64,000 nucleotides of DNA from Alphaproteobacteria bacterium. GTDB lineage: Bacteria; Pseudomonadota; Alphaproteobacteria; SHVV01. Shown in pieces: positions 1-10,708 of the stretch. Made by a program: the position numbers and the translations under genes. The stretch is from assembly GCA_009694095.1 (NCBI GenBank), contig SHVV01000001.1, positions 146 through 64,145 on the forward strand. Reading direction: 5' to 3'. Numbering within the stretch: the stretch's first letter is position 1; every line of letters starts with the position of its first letter. The notes below the pieces were generated by a model. That model saw only the letters and a program-made list of their open reading frames with translations, had not been told where the DNA came from and searched no databases.

Positions 1-730
1 ATTGGCGGCGATGACGGCGATCGGAAACGACGCCGCGGTGAGCCTTGCGCTTCAGGTCAAACTCGACCCCGGCTTCAAGACCTACTGGCGTTCGCCCGGC
101 GACGGCGGCGTACCGCCGACGCTCGACTGGTCTCGTTCGAGCAACGTCGCCGCGATCGATTTTCTCTGGCCGACGCCGAGCCGGTTCGCGGTCGCGGGCT
201 ATCAAACGTTCGGTTACGCCAACGAAGTCATCCTGCCGCTCAAGGTGCGCCTCAATCAACCCGGCCAACCGACGACGATCGATGTCGCGCTCACGATCGG
301 GATTTGTCGCGATATCTGCGTCCTGGGTGAGGCCGATTTCACTCTGGCTATTCCGCTCGGCGGGGCGCGGCCCTCGCGCCACGCCGGCACGATCGCTGGC
401 GCGATCGCGCAGCTGCCGGACCTTGATTCAAGCGACATCGAGGTCACCGCGACCGTGTTGCGGCCGAGCGGAAGCGAAGTTCTCGCCGTGGTGACTCGGC
501 GCGGCGCCGGGCCGCCGCGGGCGCTGCACGACGCCATCATCGAAGGGCTCGACGATTTCGACCTTGCGCCGCCCGCGATCGAGCGAGCCGCCGACGGATC
601 GCAAACGGTCGCGCTGTTCCGCCCGACGGCGCGGCGGGGCGCCAGTGCGCTCGCCGGACGGGCCGTGACGATCACCCTGATCGAGGGCGGCCGAAGTTTC
701 GAACGGCGTGTGACAATCGCCGCCCCTTGA
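1..730 (+). CDS. C-terminal part of a DsbD N-terminal-domain-like thiol:disulfide interchange protein (5' end outside window)
   Basis: ORF runs off the window start; 'YWRSPGDGGVPPTLDW' and 'ICRDIC' motifs are typical of DsbD-alpha/ScsB-like domains. Confidence 0.5.
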   Translation, partial: LAAMTAIGNDAAVSLALQVKLDPGFKTYWRSPGDGGVPPTLDWSRSSNVAAIDFLWPTPSRFAVAGYQTFGYANEVILPLKVRLNQPGQPTTIDVALTIGICRDICVLGEADFTLAIPLGGARPSRHAGTIAGAIAQLPDLDSSDIEVTATVLRPSGSEVLAVVTRRGAGPPRALHDAIIEGLDDFDLAPPAIERAADGSQTVALFRPTARRGASALAGRAVTITLIEGGRSFERRVTIAAP

Positions 731-843
731 GTCTCGGTTGAACTCACCGCTTCGGCGCGTCGACGCGACCTTCCACCGGCTAAGCCGATCGCGTAGAGTC
801 GCGTCTTCTTTAAAATACTGCACGCGCAAGCGGAGGAGATCCT

Positions 844-1326
844 ATGATACTTAAAGTTGGCGACAAGTTCCCAAACGTCACTCTTCGTTACATGGGCGCG
901 AACGGCCCGGCGACGATTTCGACCGATGAATTGACCAAGGGTAAGAAGGTCGTTCTATTCAACGTTCCCGGCGCTTTCACGCCGACTTGTTCAGCAAAAC
1001 ATCTACCCGGCTTCGTGCAGAATGCCGACAAGATAAAGGGCAAGGGCATCGATACAGTTGCCTGCGTGTCGGTCAACGACGCTTTCGTGATGGACGCCTG
1101 GGGTAAGGTTCAGAACGTCGGTTCCAAGGTCATGATGCTGGCGGACGGCAACGGCGACCTCGCGCGCTCGATGGGGGTCGAGATGGATGGCTCCAGTTTC
1201 GGACTAGGCCAGCGTGCGCGCCGCTACTCAATGGTGATCGATAACGGCAAAGTCACCAAATTCAACCTCGAAGAGGCCGGCAAATTTGAAATCAGCTCGG
1301 CTGAGAAAATTCTCGAGCAAATCTAA
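844..1326 (+). CDS. peroxiredoxin, Prx5/PrxD subfamily (AhpC/TSA family)
   Basis: 160 aa; 'VPGAFTPTCS' peroxidatic-Cys motif; AGGAG-like RBS upstream. Confidence 0.85.
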   Translation: MILKVGDKFPNVTLRYMGANGPATISTDELTKGKKVVLFNVPGAFTPTCSAKHLPGFVQNADKIKGKGIDTVACVSVNDAFVMDAWGKVQNVGSKVMMLADGNGDLARSMGVEMDGSSFGLGQRARRYSMVIDNGKVTKFNLEEAGKFEISSAEKILEQI

Positions 1327-1346
1327 CCAGTCAGCGTCAAGCGCGT

Positions 1347-1378
1347 TGCGCCCGGCCTTGCGCCGGGCGCTTTATTTC
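1347..1378. terminator. bidirectional Rho-independent terminator between prx and rnhA
   Basis: GCGCCCGGC-cttg-GCCGGGCGC stem followed by TTTATTT. Confidence 0.6.
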
Positions 1379-1830
1379 GGGGCGGCGTTCATTCCGGCGC
1401 GCGCGAGCGAGTCCGCGCGCTCGTTTTCGGAGTGGCCGTTGTGGCCGCGCACCCAGAGCCATTCGACGCGGTGGCGCGCGATTGCCGCCTCGAGCCGTTG
1501 CCATAGATCGACGTTTTTTACCGGCTTGCGATCGGCGGTGCGCCAACCGTTCCGCTTCCACTTGGCGACCCACTGAGTGATGCCGTCCTTGACGTAGGTG
1601 CTGTCGGTGTGGACGCGTACGCTCATCGGTCGGGTCAGCGTTTCGAGTCCGTTGATCGCCGCCAGGAGCTCCATCCGGTTGTTGGTGCTCGGTGATTCGC
1701 CACCCATAAGTTCGCGTTCGTGCCCGCCGTAAACCATAAGAACGCCCCAGCCGCCAGGGCCGGGATTGCCTGAACAAGCGCCGTCCGTATAGAGGTCAAC
1801 GGGTTCCAGATCATTTGCGGCGTCGGTCAT
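1372..1830 (-). CDS. rnhA: ribonuclease HI
   Basis: '[29 protein letters not shown]...[11 protein letters not shown]', about 152 aa; the longer ORF-track frame is an upstream in-frame extension; ATGA overlap with thrB stop. Confidence 0.9.
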   Translation of the reverse strand: MTDAANDLEPVDLYTDGACSGNPGPGGWGVLMVYGGHERELMGGESPSTNNRMELLAAINGLETLTRPMSVRVHTDSTYVKDGITQWVAKWKRNGWRTADRKPVKNVDLWQRLEAAIARHRVEWLWVRGHNGHSENERADSLARAGMNAAPK

Positions 1831-2798
1831 GTCAGTCCGTAGGCGGCCGGGTCTGTCACGCCGCGATGGAAGCGGAGCTTCCGTGCGTACTCCATCGGGT
1901 CCTTCGGTTTGACCAACGCTCCTTCGACGTGGTGTAGCCAGTCGAACAGCCGGGTCAGAAGGAAACGCAACGCGGCACCGCGGGCGAGAACCGGCAGCGC
2001 CGCTAGTTCGGCATCGTCGAGGCGCCGGACCTTGCGGTAAGCCGTCGTCAGCGCCCGCGCCTTGGTTGCGTTGAAATCGCCGCTCGGCTCGAAACACCAA
2101 GCGTTGAGGCAAATGGCTAGGTCGTAGGCCAGGAAATCGTTGCACGCGAAATAAAAATCGATCAATCCCGATAGCCGGTCGTCGAGGAAGAACACGTTGT
2201 CCGGGAAGAGGTCGGCGTGGATCACGCCGACCGGTAGTTCGAGCGGCCAAGACGCCGTGAGGGCCTCGAGTTCAGCTGCGATTTCGCGACCGAGCGATGG
2301 TTCGACCTCATAAGCTCCTGTTGCGACCTCGTCGGACAACTTGCGCCAACCGTCGAGCGAAAGGCTGTTGGCTCGCCGAAGTGGGAAGTCGCGTCCGGCG
2401 AGGTGGAGCGCGCCGAGCGCGTCGCCAAGAGCCGCGCAGTGTGCGACCGAGGGTTTGCGCACCCAAAGGCCACGTAAGAAGCTGATGATGGCCGCGGGCC
2501 GAGCGCAGACTTCGCGAAGCGCGGCGCCGTCACGCCCGTGAATTGGCGTGGGGCAGGCGATTCCCTTCGCGGCCAGGTGGTCCATAAGGCCTAAAAAATA
2601 GGGAAGATCGGCCCGGGCGACTCGTTTCTCGTAGAGAGTGAGGATGTAGGTCCCGCGATCGGTGCTGAGCAAATAGTTTGAATTCTCGACGCCCTCGGCA
2701 ATGCCTTTGCAACTGAGGACGTTGCCGATGTCGTACTGGGCAACGAACATCTCGAGATCGTCGTCGCCGACTTCGGTGTAGACTGCCACGAGTCTCAA
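1827..2798 (-). CDS. thrB: homoserine kinase type II (APH-fold ThrB)
   Basis: 323 aa, aminoglycoside-phosphotransferase-like fold ('[12 protein letters not shown]'); ispH-thrB-rnhA synteny typical of alphaproteobacteria. Confidence 0.85.
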   Translation of the reverse strand: MRLVAVYTEVGDDDLEMFVAQYDIGNVLSCKGIAEGVENSNYLLSTDRGTYILTLYEKRVARADLPYFLGLMDHLAAKGIACPTPIHGRDGAALREVCARPAAIISFLRGLWVRKPSVAHCAALGDALGALHLAGRDFPLRRANSLSLDGWRKLSDEVATGAYEVEPSLGREIAAELEALTASWPLELPVGVIHADLFPDNVFFLDDRLSGLIDFYFACNDFLAYDLAICLNAWCFEPSGDFNATKARALTTAYRKVRRLDDAELAALPVLARGAALRFLLTRLFDWLHHVEGALVKPKDPMEYARKLRFHRGVTDPAAYGLT

Positions 2799-3739
2799 GC
2801 CTCAAGCATATGCGGCAGACGAAAAAAAATGTCTTCGTGCGCGACAGCATGTTCGCTGACGGTCACCGAAAAACGCGCGCGCAGAGCAACGAGAACCTCA
2901 TCGACCAGGACATCGGGTGCCGAAGCGCTAGCGCTCAGACCCAGACGTTCGACGCCTTTCAGCATGGTCCAGTCGATTTCATCGGCGCGCTGAACAAGCC
3001 TCGTGCTACTGCAACCGCTCGCGCGCGCGACCTCGACTAGGCGCAGCGAGTTTGATGAGTTCGGTGCGCCGATGATCAAGATCGAGTCGCACTGAGCCGC
3101 CAGAGCCCGCACCGCTGCCTGACGATTGGTTGTCGCGTAGCAGATGTCGTCCTTTCGGGGGCCGGTCAAGGTCGGAAAACGACGTTGCAGCACAGCGACG
3201 ATCGCAGCTGTATCGTCGACCGAGAGAGTGGTTTGGGTGAGGTATGTCAGTCGATCTGGGTTGGGTGGCGCACACGATTCGGCGTCGGTGATCGATTCGA
3301 TCAGGGTGATGGCTCCGGCCGAAAGTTGGCCTATGGTTCCAACAACCTCCGGGTGACCCGCATGACCGATCAGGAGGACGTGGCGTCCCTCGGCTGTGGC
3401 CTGCTCCGCTTCGCGGTGAACCTTGCTCACGAGAGGGCAGGTAGCATCGATATACAGCATATTCCGCGCCGCCGCCGCCGCGAGGACCGATTTCGGAACG
3501 CCGTGCGCCGAAAAGATTACCGGTCGATCCGCTGGAACTTGATCGATCTCGTTGATGAATACGGCCCCTTTGGCTTCGAGGCGCTCGACGACGAATCGGT
3601 TGTGCACGATTTCATGACGAACAAAAATAGGCGCGCCGAACTTCTCGATGGCGCGTTCGACGATTTGCACCGCGCGATCGACCCCGGCGCAAAATCCGCG
3701 CGGGCCAGCGAGCACTACGGTGAGAGGCGGGAAGTTCAT
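2795..3739 (-). CDS. ispH: 4-hydroxy-3-methylbut-2-enyl diphosphate reductase
   Basis: 314 aa; N-terminal '[14 protein letters not shown]' and overall LytB similarity. Confidence 0.9.
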   Translation of the reverse strand: MNFPPLTVVLAGPRGFCAGVDRAVQIVERAIEKFGAPIFVRHEIVHNRFVVERLEAKGAVFINEIDQVPADRPVIFSAHGVPKSVLAAAAARNMLYIDATCPLVSKVHREAEQATAEGRHVLLIGHAGHPEVVGTIGQLSAGAITLIESITDAESCAPPNPDRLTYLTQTTLSVDDTAAIVAVLQRRFPTLTGPRKDDICYATTNRQAAVRALAAQCDSILIIGAPNSSNSLRLVEVARASGCSSTRLVQRADEIDWTMLKGVERLGLSASASAPDVLVDEVLVALRARFSVTVSEHAVAHEDIFFRLPHMLEA

Positions 3740-3876
3740 CGCTGTGAGGCGCCCTTACCTTGTATGCCCGCGCCCGCTCCGCTACAGTCGCGGCGCTTTA
3801 AATGCCCGCTTGCGCTAGGCCTGCTTGCTTCGATCGGCGAAGCTAGCGTGAGGTGATTATGTGGAGGAATACATCA

Positions 3877-4116
3877 ATGGCAACGCCAAATATCGCTCAG
3901 AAGTCACCTTACGGAACAAAGGTCGAGGCGGGAAAGTCATATTGGTGGTGTGCGTGCGGGCTTAGCAAGACCCAGCCCCTCTGCGATGGGTCGCACAAGC
4001 CGACCGAGTTCGAGCCGTTCGAATACAAGGCGACTGAATCGACCACTGTGTGGTTCTGCGGTTGTAAGCGCACGGTGAAAGTGCCGATGTGCGACGGCTC
4101 CCATACTAAAATCTGA
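3877..4116 (+). CDS. CDGSH-type iron-sulfur domain protein (two CDGSH motifs)
   Basis: 'CACGLSKTQPLCDGSH' and 'CGCKRTVKVPMCDGSH'; GGAGG RBS 9 nt upstream of ATG 3877 (ORF track allows GTG 3853). Confidence 0.8.
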   Translation: MATPNIAQKSPYGTKVEAGKSYWWCACGLSKTQPLCDGSHKPTEFEPFEYKATESTTVWFCGCKRTVKVPMCDGSHTKI

Positions 4117-4146
4117 TTGGTAAAAAACGGTCGAGGCGCTAAGGCG

Positions 4147-4686
4147 GTGGCTTGTTCCGTCCGCCCGCTTGCGCGGCTTGGCGCAATACTCGCGGCGGTT
4201 ATCGCTCTAGCGGGCTGCGGACTTTTTGGCGAGGACGAAAAACCATCTTGTCCAACGATCTCGGTTTTGCGCGACACCGAGCGGCTGACGATATTTCGCT
4301 ACGGCGCCGGCCGAGACGTCAACGATATCGAATTCGAAGCCGAATTCGGCGAAGTCCGCGCCTCGTGCGAGCTCAAATCGAACTTGGTGATGGTTCGCTC
4401 CCGGGTGGCGCTGCTAGCGCTGCGCGGCGCCGCGGGGCGTGGTTCCAGTGCACCTCTGTCGTTTTTCGTCGCCGTCGTCGATCCTGCGGGACGAATTCTC
4501 AGCAAGGAAGTCTTCGATAGCCCGATCGCATTCAAGCCCCAACAGCAACGTGCTGGCAGTTCGGAGGAGATCGACCACTCGGTTCCTCTCGCCGCCGGCA
4601 CGCGCGCGGAGGACTATGAAATCTTGATCGGGTTCCAACTCACGGCCGAGCAACTCGAGTACAACCGCCGCCGTCGCCCACAATAA
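4147..4686 (+). CDS. hypothetical lipoprotein
   Basis: signal peptide with lipobox 'IALAGCG'; start taken at GTG 4147 (ORF-track TTG 4117 possible); no recognisable domain. Confidence 0.5.
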   Translation: MACSVRPLARLGAILAAVIALAGCGLFGEDEKPSCPTISVLRDTERLTIFRYGAGRDVNDIEFEAEFGEVRASCELKSNLVMVRSRVALLALRGAAGRGSSAPLSFFVAVVDPAGRILSKEVFDSPIAFKPQQQRAGSSEEIDHSVPLAAGTRAEDYEILIGFQLTAEQLEYNRRRRPQ

Positions 4687-4698
4687 GAACGGTCAGCA

Positions 4699-4726
4699 TT
4701 GACTTGAAGATGTCGCCACCTATGAT
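4699..4726 (+). promoter_or_regulatory. sigma70-like promoter (TTGACT-N16-TATGAT) for the gcv operon
   Basis: near-consensus -35 and -10 hexamers about 45 nt upstream of the riboswitch. Confidence 0.5.
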
Positions 4727-4772
4727 ACCTACGCGGTCGCTATTCGAAGGCAGCGATTGAACATTCGAACCC

Positions 4773-4945
4773 TGTGGGAGAGTCCGGTTCGCGCCGGCGC
4801 CGAGGGAGCAACCGCCCCCGGAAACTCTCAGGCAAACGGACCGTAGGGGGACAAACTCTGGAAAAAGGGTGGGGCGCAAGCCCCGCTCCACCGAAGAGGC
4901 AAGCCGGTTCGAACCGGTCAATCTTTCAGGTCAGGGACAGAGGGG
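4773..4945 (+). promoter_or_regulatory. tandem glycine riboswitch (two aptamers) in the gcvT leader
   Basis: aptamer 1 'GGGAGAG...CGCCGAGGGAGCAACCGCC...CTCTCAGGCAAACGGACCG'; aptamer 2 'CTCTGGAAAAAGGG...CACCGAAGAGGCAAGCC...TTCAGGTCAGGGACAGAGGGG'; directly upstream of gcvT. Confidence 0.8.
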
Positions 4946-4994
4946 GGCAGTCGACGCCGGGCAAATCGAGCGCGGCGCGGCTGCGCGAGAGCCG

Positions 4995-6098
4995 ATGTCA
5001 GAGATCGAACCAAGACGAACGCCGCTCTACGACCTGCATCGCGAATTAGGGGCGAAAATCGTTCCTTTCGCGGGCTATGCCATGCCGCTCCACTACGAGC
5101 TCGGCATTCTGGCTGAACACCTTCACACCCGCGCCTATGCCGGCCTGTTCGATGTGTCGCACATGGGGCAGGTACGGATCGTCGGCCCTGACGTGACGAC
5201 ACTCCTCGAAGAGCTGGTACCGGGCGATATCCAGGCGCTGCCCCAGAACGCTATCCGCTACTCGTTGCTGACCAACGAACGCGGTGGGATCCTCGATGAT
5301 CTGATGATCACGAAAACGGCCACCGGCGCTTTCTTGGTGGTGAACGCAGCGTGCAAGGATACCGACTTCGCGCACCTCGAGGCGACCCTCTCCACCCGTG
5401 CCGAATTGGCGATGCTGACGGACCGCGCGCTGCTGGCGTTGCAAGGACCGGCTGCGGCGACGGTTTTGGGTCGGTTGAACAGCGACTTGCCGCGTCTTGC
5501 CTTCATGACGAGCGGCGCCTTCACAATTGGTGGCGTTCCGTGCCATGTCAGCCGGTCCGGTTATACCGGCGAAGATGGCTACGAAATATCGGTCGCTGGA
5601 GATGAGGCGCTGGCGCTCGCCCGCATGATCCTCGCCGACCCGGCGGCCAAGCCGATTGGACTCGGCGCTCGCGATTCGCTTCGTCTCGAAGCTGGGCTCT
5701 GCCTCTACGGTCACGATATCGACCAAACGACGACCCCGATCGAAGCTGGGCTGGCGTGGACTATCGGCAAGCGTCGTCGAGAGCAAGGTCGGTTTCCCGG
5801 CGCCGATGTCATTCTAGGGCAACTAAAGACCGGTCCAGCGCGCCGTCGCGTCGGGCTGAGGCCCGATGGCCGCGCCCCGGCGCGCGAAGGAGCCGATGTT
5901 GTCGATCATGACGACCGTCCGATCGGGCGCCTCACCAGCGGCGGCTACGGTCCATCGGTTTCAGCACCGGTGGCCATGGGCTATGTCGCGACGCCCGCCG
6001 CTAAAGAGGGGACCGAGCTCGGACTGTTGGTGCGCGGCAAGCGGCTCACGGCGCATGTTCGCAAGCTTCCGTTCGTACCGCATCGCTATGCGAAGTAG
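4995..6098 (+). CDS. gcvT: glycine cleavage system aminomethyltransferase T
   Basis: 'RTPLYDLHRELGAKIVPFAGYAMPLHY'; start taken at MSEIEP (ATG 4995); the ORF-track 5' extension overlaps the riboswitch. Confidence 0.9.
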   Translation: MSEIEPRRTPLYDLHRELGAKIVPFAGYAMPLHYELGILAEHLHTRAYAGLFDVSHMGQVRIVGPDVTTLLEELVPGDIQALPQNAIRYSLLTNERGGILDDLMITKTATGAFLVVNAACKDTDFAHLEATLSTRAELAMLTDRALLALQGPAAATVLGRLNSDLPRLAFMTSGAFTIGGVPCHVSRSGYTGEDGYEISVAGDEALALARMILADPAAKPIGLGARDSLRLEAGLCLYGHDIDQTTTPIEAGLAWTIGKRRREQGRFPGADVILGQLKTGPARRRVGLRPDGRAPAREGADVVDHDDRPIGRLTSGGYGPSVSAPVAMGYVATPAAKEGTELGLLVRGKRLTAHVRKLPFVPHRYAK

Positions 6099-6122
6099 CG
6101 CAGAAAGGCACAGGCGACGCCG

Positions 6123-6500
6123 ATGAGTACGATCCGATATTCCAGCGAGCACGAGTGGGTTCGGGTCGATAGCGATGACGGCACGGTCGGTATCACCGAG
6201 TACGCGCAGAACCAATTGGGCGATATCGTCTACGTCGAGCTGCCCGACATCGGTAAGAAACTCGCGGCCAGAGACCAAGCGGCGGTCGTCGAGTCGGTCA
6301 AGGCCGCGAGCGAGGTTTATGCACCGGTCGGCGGCACGGTCGTTGCGGTCAACGACGCTCTCGGCGTTAACCCCGCCTTGGTGAACGAGTCGGCCGAGGA
6401 GAAGGGTTGGTTTTTCAAGATCAAGCTGTCGAACAAAAGCGATCTCGACGCTCTCATGGACGATGCTGGCTACCGGAAATTCGTCGAAGGGCTCGGCTGA
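6123..6500 (+). CDS. gcvH: glycine cleavage system H protein
   Basis: 125 aa; '[10 protein letters not shown]', lipoyl-Lys region '[13 protein letters not shown]'. Confidence 0.9.
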   Translation: MSTIRYSSEHEWVRVDSDDGTVGITEYAQNQLGDIVYVELPDIGKKLAARDQAAVVESVKAASEVYAPVGGTVVAVNDALGVNPALVNESAEEKGWFFKIKLSNKSDLDALMDDAGYRKFVEGLG

Positions 6501-7843
6501 TGCGCTATCTCCCGCTGACCGACGTCGATCGGAGCGCCATGCTTGGTGACATCGGCGCTCCGTCGATCGAGGACCTCTTCCGCGATGTGCCAGTGGCGGC
6601 GCGGCGCGCCCGCCTCTTCGATCTGCCCCTTCACGCCGGTGAACTCGAAGTCGAGCGTCACCTTTCAGCCCTCGCCGCGCGCAATATCGCCGCCGGGTCG
6701 GTGCCGAGCTTCCTCGGCGCCGGCGCCTATCGCCACCACGTGCCGGCGGCGGTAGATCACCTCATCCAGCGAAGTGAATTCCTTACTTCGTACACGCCCT
6801 ATCAGCCGGAAATCAGCCAGGGGACGCTCCAGTACCTATTCGAATTCCAGACCCAGGTTGCAACCATCACCGGCATGGATGTCGCCAACGCCTCGATGTA
6901 TGACGGCTCGACCGCATGCGCCGAGGCGGTCTTGATGGCGGGGCGGGTCACCAAGCGTCGGCGTATCGTACTTTCGGGCGGGCTCCATCCGCACTATCGC
7001 GACGTGGTGAAGACGATGACCGGATCGGCGGGCTTCACGGTCGATGTCGCCGCCGCCGACGTTTTCGGCGAGGAAGACCTGGCGGCGAGCATCGACAAAA
7101 CGACGGCGTGTGTTGTCGTGCAGTATCCCTCATTCTTCGGCCACGTCCGCGACTACGCGACGCTCTCGGCGCAGTGTCGCGACAACGGCGCCTTGCTTAT
7201 CGTCGCCGTGACCGAAATCGTTTCGCTCGGGGCGCTCAAGCCGCCGGGCGACATGGGCGCGGATATCGTCGTCGCCGAGGGGCAGTCGCTCGGGAACGGT
7301 CTTAACTTCGGCGGCCCCTACCTCGGGTTGTTCACGGCGTGTACACAGTACGTACGGCAGATGCCGGGCCGGCTGTGCGGCGAGACGGTCGATGCCGACG
7401 GAAAACGCGGCTATGTGCTCACCCTTTCGACGCGCGAGCAGCACATTCGCCGCGAGAAGGCGACGTCGAACATCTGCACCAATTCTGGGCTATGCGCGCT
7501 CGCGTTCTGCATTCATTTGACGCTCTTGGGCGGTGACGGATTTGGCAAGCTCGCGGCGATCAATCATGCCAACGCCGTGATGCTCGCCGATCGCCTGTCT
7601 GGGGTTAAGGGCGTATCCGTCATCAACCGTACGTTTTTCAATGAGTTCACGGTGCGGTTGAGAAGCCCGGCTGCTCCGATTGTCGAGACGTTGGCGGCAC
7701 GGCGCATACTCGCCGGCGTGCCGATATCGCGTGTCTATCCGGAACGCGCTGATCTCGCCGATCTCCTGCTGGTCGCGGCGACCGAGGTCACGACCACGGC
7801 CGATATGGAAGCTTTGGTCGGTGGACTGAAGGAGGGCGTGTGA
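6500..7843 (+). CDS. gcvPA: glycine dehydrogenase (decarboxylating) subunit 1
   Basis: '[19 protein letters not shown]'; TGATG overlap with gcvH stop. Confidence 0.9.
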   Translation: MRYLPLTDVDRSAMLGDIGAPSIEDLFRDVPVAARRARLFDLPLHAGELEVERHLSALAARNIAAGSVPSFLGAGAYRHHVPAAVDHLIQRSEFLTSYTPYQPEISQGTLQYLFEFQTQVATITGMDVANASMYDGSTACAEAVLMAGRVTKRRRIVLSGGLHPHYRDVVKTMTGSAGFTVDVAAADVFGEEDLAASIDKTTACVVVQYPSFFGHVRDYATLSAQCRDNGALLIVAVTEIVSLGALKPPGDMGADIVVAEGQSLGNGLNFGGPYLGLFTACTQYVRQMPGRLCGETVDADGKRGYVLTLSTREQHIRREKATSNICTNSGLCALAFCIHLTLLGGDGFGKLAAINHANAVMLADRLSGVKGVSVINRTFFNEFTVRLRSPAAPIVETLAARRILAGVPISRVYPERADLADLLLVAATEVTTTADMEALVGGLKEGV

Positions 7844-9399
7844 TGGCGATGAGCCGCGACGGCCGTCCAACCATTCCCCGCAACTCTTCCGTGGCCGGCA
7901 TGCCGGCACCGACGTTCACTGGCCACCGGGGCCTCCAGTTGGAGGAACCGCTCATTTTCGAGCAAGGCCAACCGGGCCGATCTGGCGTCGATCTCCCTGA
8001 CCCGCCGAAGGTCGAGCACCGTATGGGCACCTCGGTGCGCACTCGCCCGATCGAACTTCCGGGACTCGCCGAACCGCAAGTCGTCCGCCATTTCGTCCGG
8101 CTGTCGCAGAAGAACTATTCGATCGATGCCAATCTCTACCCGCTCGGGTCGTGCACGATGAAGCACAACCCTCGGCTCAACGAGAAAATGGCGCGGCTAC
8201 CCGGCTTCGGCGATATTCATCCGCTGCAGCCTATAACGACCGTGCAAGGTGCGCTTGCGCTGATCGACGAAGTCGCGCATTGGCTGAAGACGCTGAGTGG
8301 AATGCCGGCGGTTGCGATGTCGCCGGGGGCCGGCGCCCACGGCGAACTGTGCGGGCTGATGGCGATCCGGGCCGCCCATGTCGCGCGCGGCGACGCGCGC
8401 AGGCGGGTTCTGGTGCCGGATTCGGCGCATGGCACCAACCCAGCGACCGCTGCACTATGTAATTACGAAGTCGACGGCGTGCCGGCCAACAAGCGCGGCC
8501 GCATCGACTTGGCTGCGCTCAAGGCCAAGCTCGGAGGTGACGTCGCGGCGATCATGCTGACCAATCCGAACACCTGCGGCTTGTTCGAGGACCAAATTCT
8601 CGAAGTCGCCGACGCGATCCATGGCGTCGGCGGATTTTTCTACTGCGACGGCGCCAATTTTAATGCCCTGGTCGGACGCGTTCGTCCGGGCGATCTCGGC
8701 ATCGATACGATGCACATCAACCTGCACAAGACGTTTTCGACGCCGCACGGCGGCGGTGGTCCGGGCGCCGGTCCGGTCGTTTTTTCGGCGCCGCTCGCGC
8801 CATTCGCGCCGCTCCCGTATGTCGTTCATGGGCCCGACGGATTCGCGCTCAAGGAGCACGACGGCGGCCAGGCCTTCGGCCGCCTGAAGGCCTTCCACGG
8901 TCAGATGGGCATGTTCGTGCGAGCGTTGGCTTACATGAGGAGCCACGGCGCCGACGGTCTCCGCCAGGTTGCCGAAGACGCGGTGCTGGCCGCCAATTAC
9001 ATTTTGGCCGGGATGCGCGGCGTGATTGATCCGACGTATCCGGGACCATGCATGCATGAAGTGATGTTCGACGATTCATCGTTCAAGTCGAGCGGGGTTA
9101 CGACGCTTGATATCGCCAAGGCCCTGATCGACGAAGGGTTTCATCCGATGACGATCTACTTTCCGCTGATCGTTCACGGTGCGATGCTGATCGAGCCGAC
9201 CGAGACCGAAAGCAAGGAGAGCCTCGATCTTTTTATCGGCGCGCTCCGGGCGCTTATCACCCGCGCCAAGGCTAGGGACAGCGCTGGGTTCCAAGCCGCC
9301 CCGCGGTTCGCGCCGGTCCGCCGTCTCGATGAAACGCGGGCAGCGCGCCAGCCGGTTCTGCGCTGGTCTCCACCGCAGCCGAAGCAGGCGGCCGAATAG
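7843..9399 (+). CDS. gcvPB: glycine dehydrogenase (decarboxylating) subunit 2
   Basis: about 518 aa; PLP-dependent P-protein C-terminal half; TGATG coupling with gcvPA. Confidence 0.9.
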   Translation: MAMSRDGRPTIPRNSSVAGMPAPTFTGHRGLQLEEPLIFEQGQPGRSGVDLPDPPKVEHRMGTSVRTRPIELPGLAEPQVVRHFVRLSQKNYSIDANLYPLGSCTMKHNPRLNEKMARLPGFGDIHPLQPITTVQGALALIDEVAHWLKTLSGMPAVAMSPGAGAHGELCGLMAIRAAHVARGDARRRVLVPDSAHGTNPATAALCNYEVDGVPANKRGRIDLAALKAKLGGDVAAIMLTNPNTCGLFEDQILEVADAIHGVGGFFYCDGANFNALVGRVRPGDLGIDTMHINLHKTFSTPHGGGGPGAGPVVFSAPLAPFAPLPYVVHGPDGFALKEHDGGQAFGRLKAFHGQMGMFVRALAYMRSHGADGLRQVAEDAVLAANYILAGMRGVIDPTYPGPCMHEVMFDDSSFKSSGVTTLDIAKALIDEGFHPMTIYFPLIVHGAMLIEPTETESKESLDLFIGALRALITRAKARDSAGFQAAPRFAPVRRLDETRAARQPVLRWSPPQPKQAAE

Positions 9400-9432
9400 T
9401 CGGCCTCCCGCTTCGCCGCCGCAGGACCCCGC

Positions 9433-9921
9433 TTAGTGCGGTTTTTTGTCGAGCTCGCCGACCGCGTTGTCGATCAGGCGCGAGCGCTGCTGGTCAGTTA
9501 GGTTCTCGCCGATCAAACGGCGGGCGGCGGCGATCGCGACCATCACCGCGACGCCACGCACTTCGGCGAGAGCCGCCGCTTCGGCCTGGGCGATCCGGTC
9601 CATCGCATTCTGCTCGCGCCGTTTCAGCGAGTTTTCAAGCTCACGCGCCGAATCGGCGCGCAGCCGAATCGCTTCCGCTTCGGCTTGAGCGAGGATCCCC
9701 TTGGCTCTTTCCTCGGCCGAACGGCTTTCGCCTTGATGCCGGGCGAGCAAAGCTTGCGCCTCTTCGCGGAGGCGCGTGGCTTCCTCGATCTCGTTCTTGA
9801 TCGTCTCGCCGCGTTTGTCGAGCGCATCCGCGACGCGCTTGAACGCCATGCGATAGAGCGCGATCGCGAAGACGACGAACGCTACCGCGATCCAGAATTC
9901 GACGTCGTGAAAAAGGGCCAT
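9433..9921 (-). CDS. atpF: F0F1 ATP synthase subunit b
   Basis: 162 aa; N-terminal TM helix plus long charged coiled coil. Confidence 0.85.
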   Translation of the reverse strand: MALFHDVEFWIAVAFVVFAIALYRMAFKRVADALDKRGETIKNEIEEATRLREEAQALLARHQGESRSAEERAKGILAQAEAEAIRLRADSARELENSLKRREQNAMDRIAQAEAAALAEVRGVAVMVAIAAARRLIGENLTDQQRSRLIDNAVGELDKKPH

Positions 9922-9924
9922 CGT

Positions 9925-10416
9925 CTACTCGCGCGCTTTAAGCGCGGCGGCGACCGCGCTAGCGGTTGTGCGCTCGTCAAGTTCCTGACCGACGAGGCGG
10001 CTGACAGCCGCCCGCGCGAGGTCGGTCGCAACGGCCGCCACATTGGCGATCGCCGTATCCCGCGCCGTCGCGATGCGTCCCTCGGCTTCGGTGATCTTCT
10101 TGGCAAGGTCAGCGTTGAGCTTCGTTTGCCGCTGCGCAGATTTCTCGGCGATCGAACGTCGCACGCCTTGGATCGAAGACTGCGCTTTTTGCCGCGCAAC
10201 GCTCAGCGTCTCTTCGTAGGCTTTCAATACTCGTTCGGCCTCGTCGCGTGCCACCTGCGCTTTCTCTAGGTCGCCGCTGATCCGATTTTCCCGAGCCTCA
10301 AGGACGGCGCTGATCCGAGGCAGCGCGATGCGGTTCAAGATCAAATAAAGCGCGACGAATGCGATCGCCAGCCACACAAGCTGCGGTAGGAAGTCGGCGG
10401 AAACGAGTTGCGGCAT
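9925..10416 (-). CDS. atpF2: F0F1 ATP synthase subunit b'
   Basis: 163 aa paralog of subunit b, directly upstream of atpF as in alphaproteobacteria. Confidence 0.85.
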   Translation of the reverse strand: MPQLVSADFLPQLVWLAIAFVALYLILNRIALPRISAVLEARENRISGDLEKAQVARDEAERVLKAYEETLSVARQKAQSSIQGVRRSIAEKSAQRQTKLNADLAKKITEAEGRIATARDTAIANVAAVATDLARAAVSRLVGQELDERTTASAVAAALKARE

Positions 10417-10441
10417 GGATCGACGCCAGCATGCGCGCCGA

Positions 10442-10666
10442 TCAGCCGAACAAGATCACAAAAGCGATCAGGAGTGCGAACAGACCCGTGGCTTCCGTCA
10501 GAGCGAAGCCGAGGATGACGTTGCCGAACATTCCTGGCGCCGCCGAAGGATTGCGTATGCCTGCCGACACATAGTTGCCGAAAATCAATCCGATACCGAC
10601 ACCAGCGCCGGCGAGACCGATGGCGGCGAGACCTGCGCCGATCATCTTCGCTGCTGCAACGTCCAT
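10442..10666 (-). CDS. atpE: F0F1 ATP synthase subunit c
   Basis: 74 aa, two TM helices, '[11 protein letters not shown]...[14 protein letters not shown]'. Confidence 0.9.
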   Translation of the reverse strand: MDVAAAKMIGAGLAAIGLAGAGVGIGLIFGNYVSAGIRNPSAAPGMFGNVILGFALTEATGLFALLIAFVILFG

Positions 10667-10708
10667 TTGTCTTCCTCTCGTTCTTGGGGTTAAGGGATGA
10701 GCGTTCGA

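Noticed and set aside
45-747. Overlapping and antisense ORFs (45..494 +, 256..747 -) inside the DsbD-like gene
   Set aside because: Arg/Ala/Pro-rich low-complexity translations typical of alternative frames in high-GC DNA; the main frame has recognisable domain motifs
1372-2250. 292-aa version of the rnhA ORF
   Set aside because: First 140 aa are Arg/Pro-rich with no homology; conserved RNase H core begins at MTDAAN with ATGA coupling to thrB
2821-2828. A8 homopolymer
   Set aside because: Inside ispH coding sequence (encodes FF), not in a regulatory position
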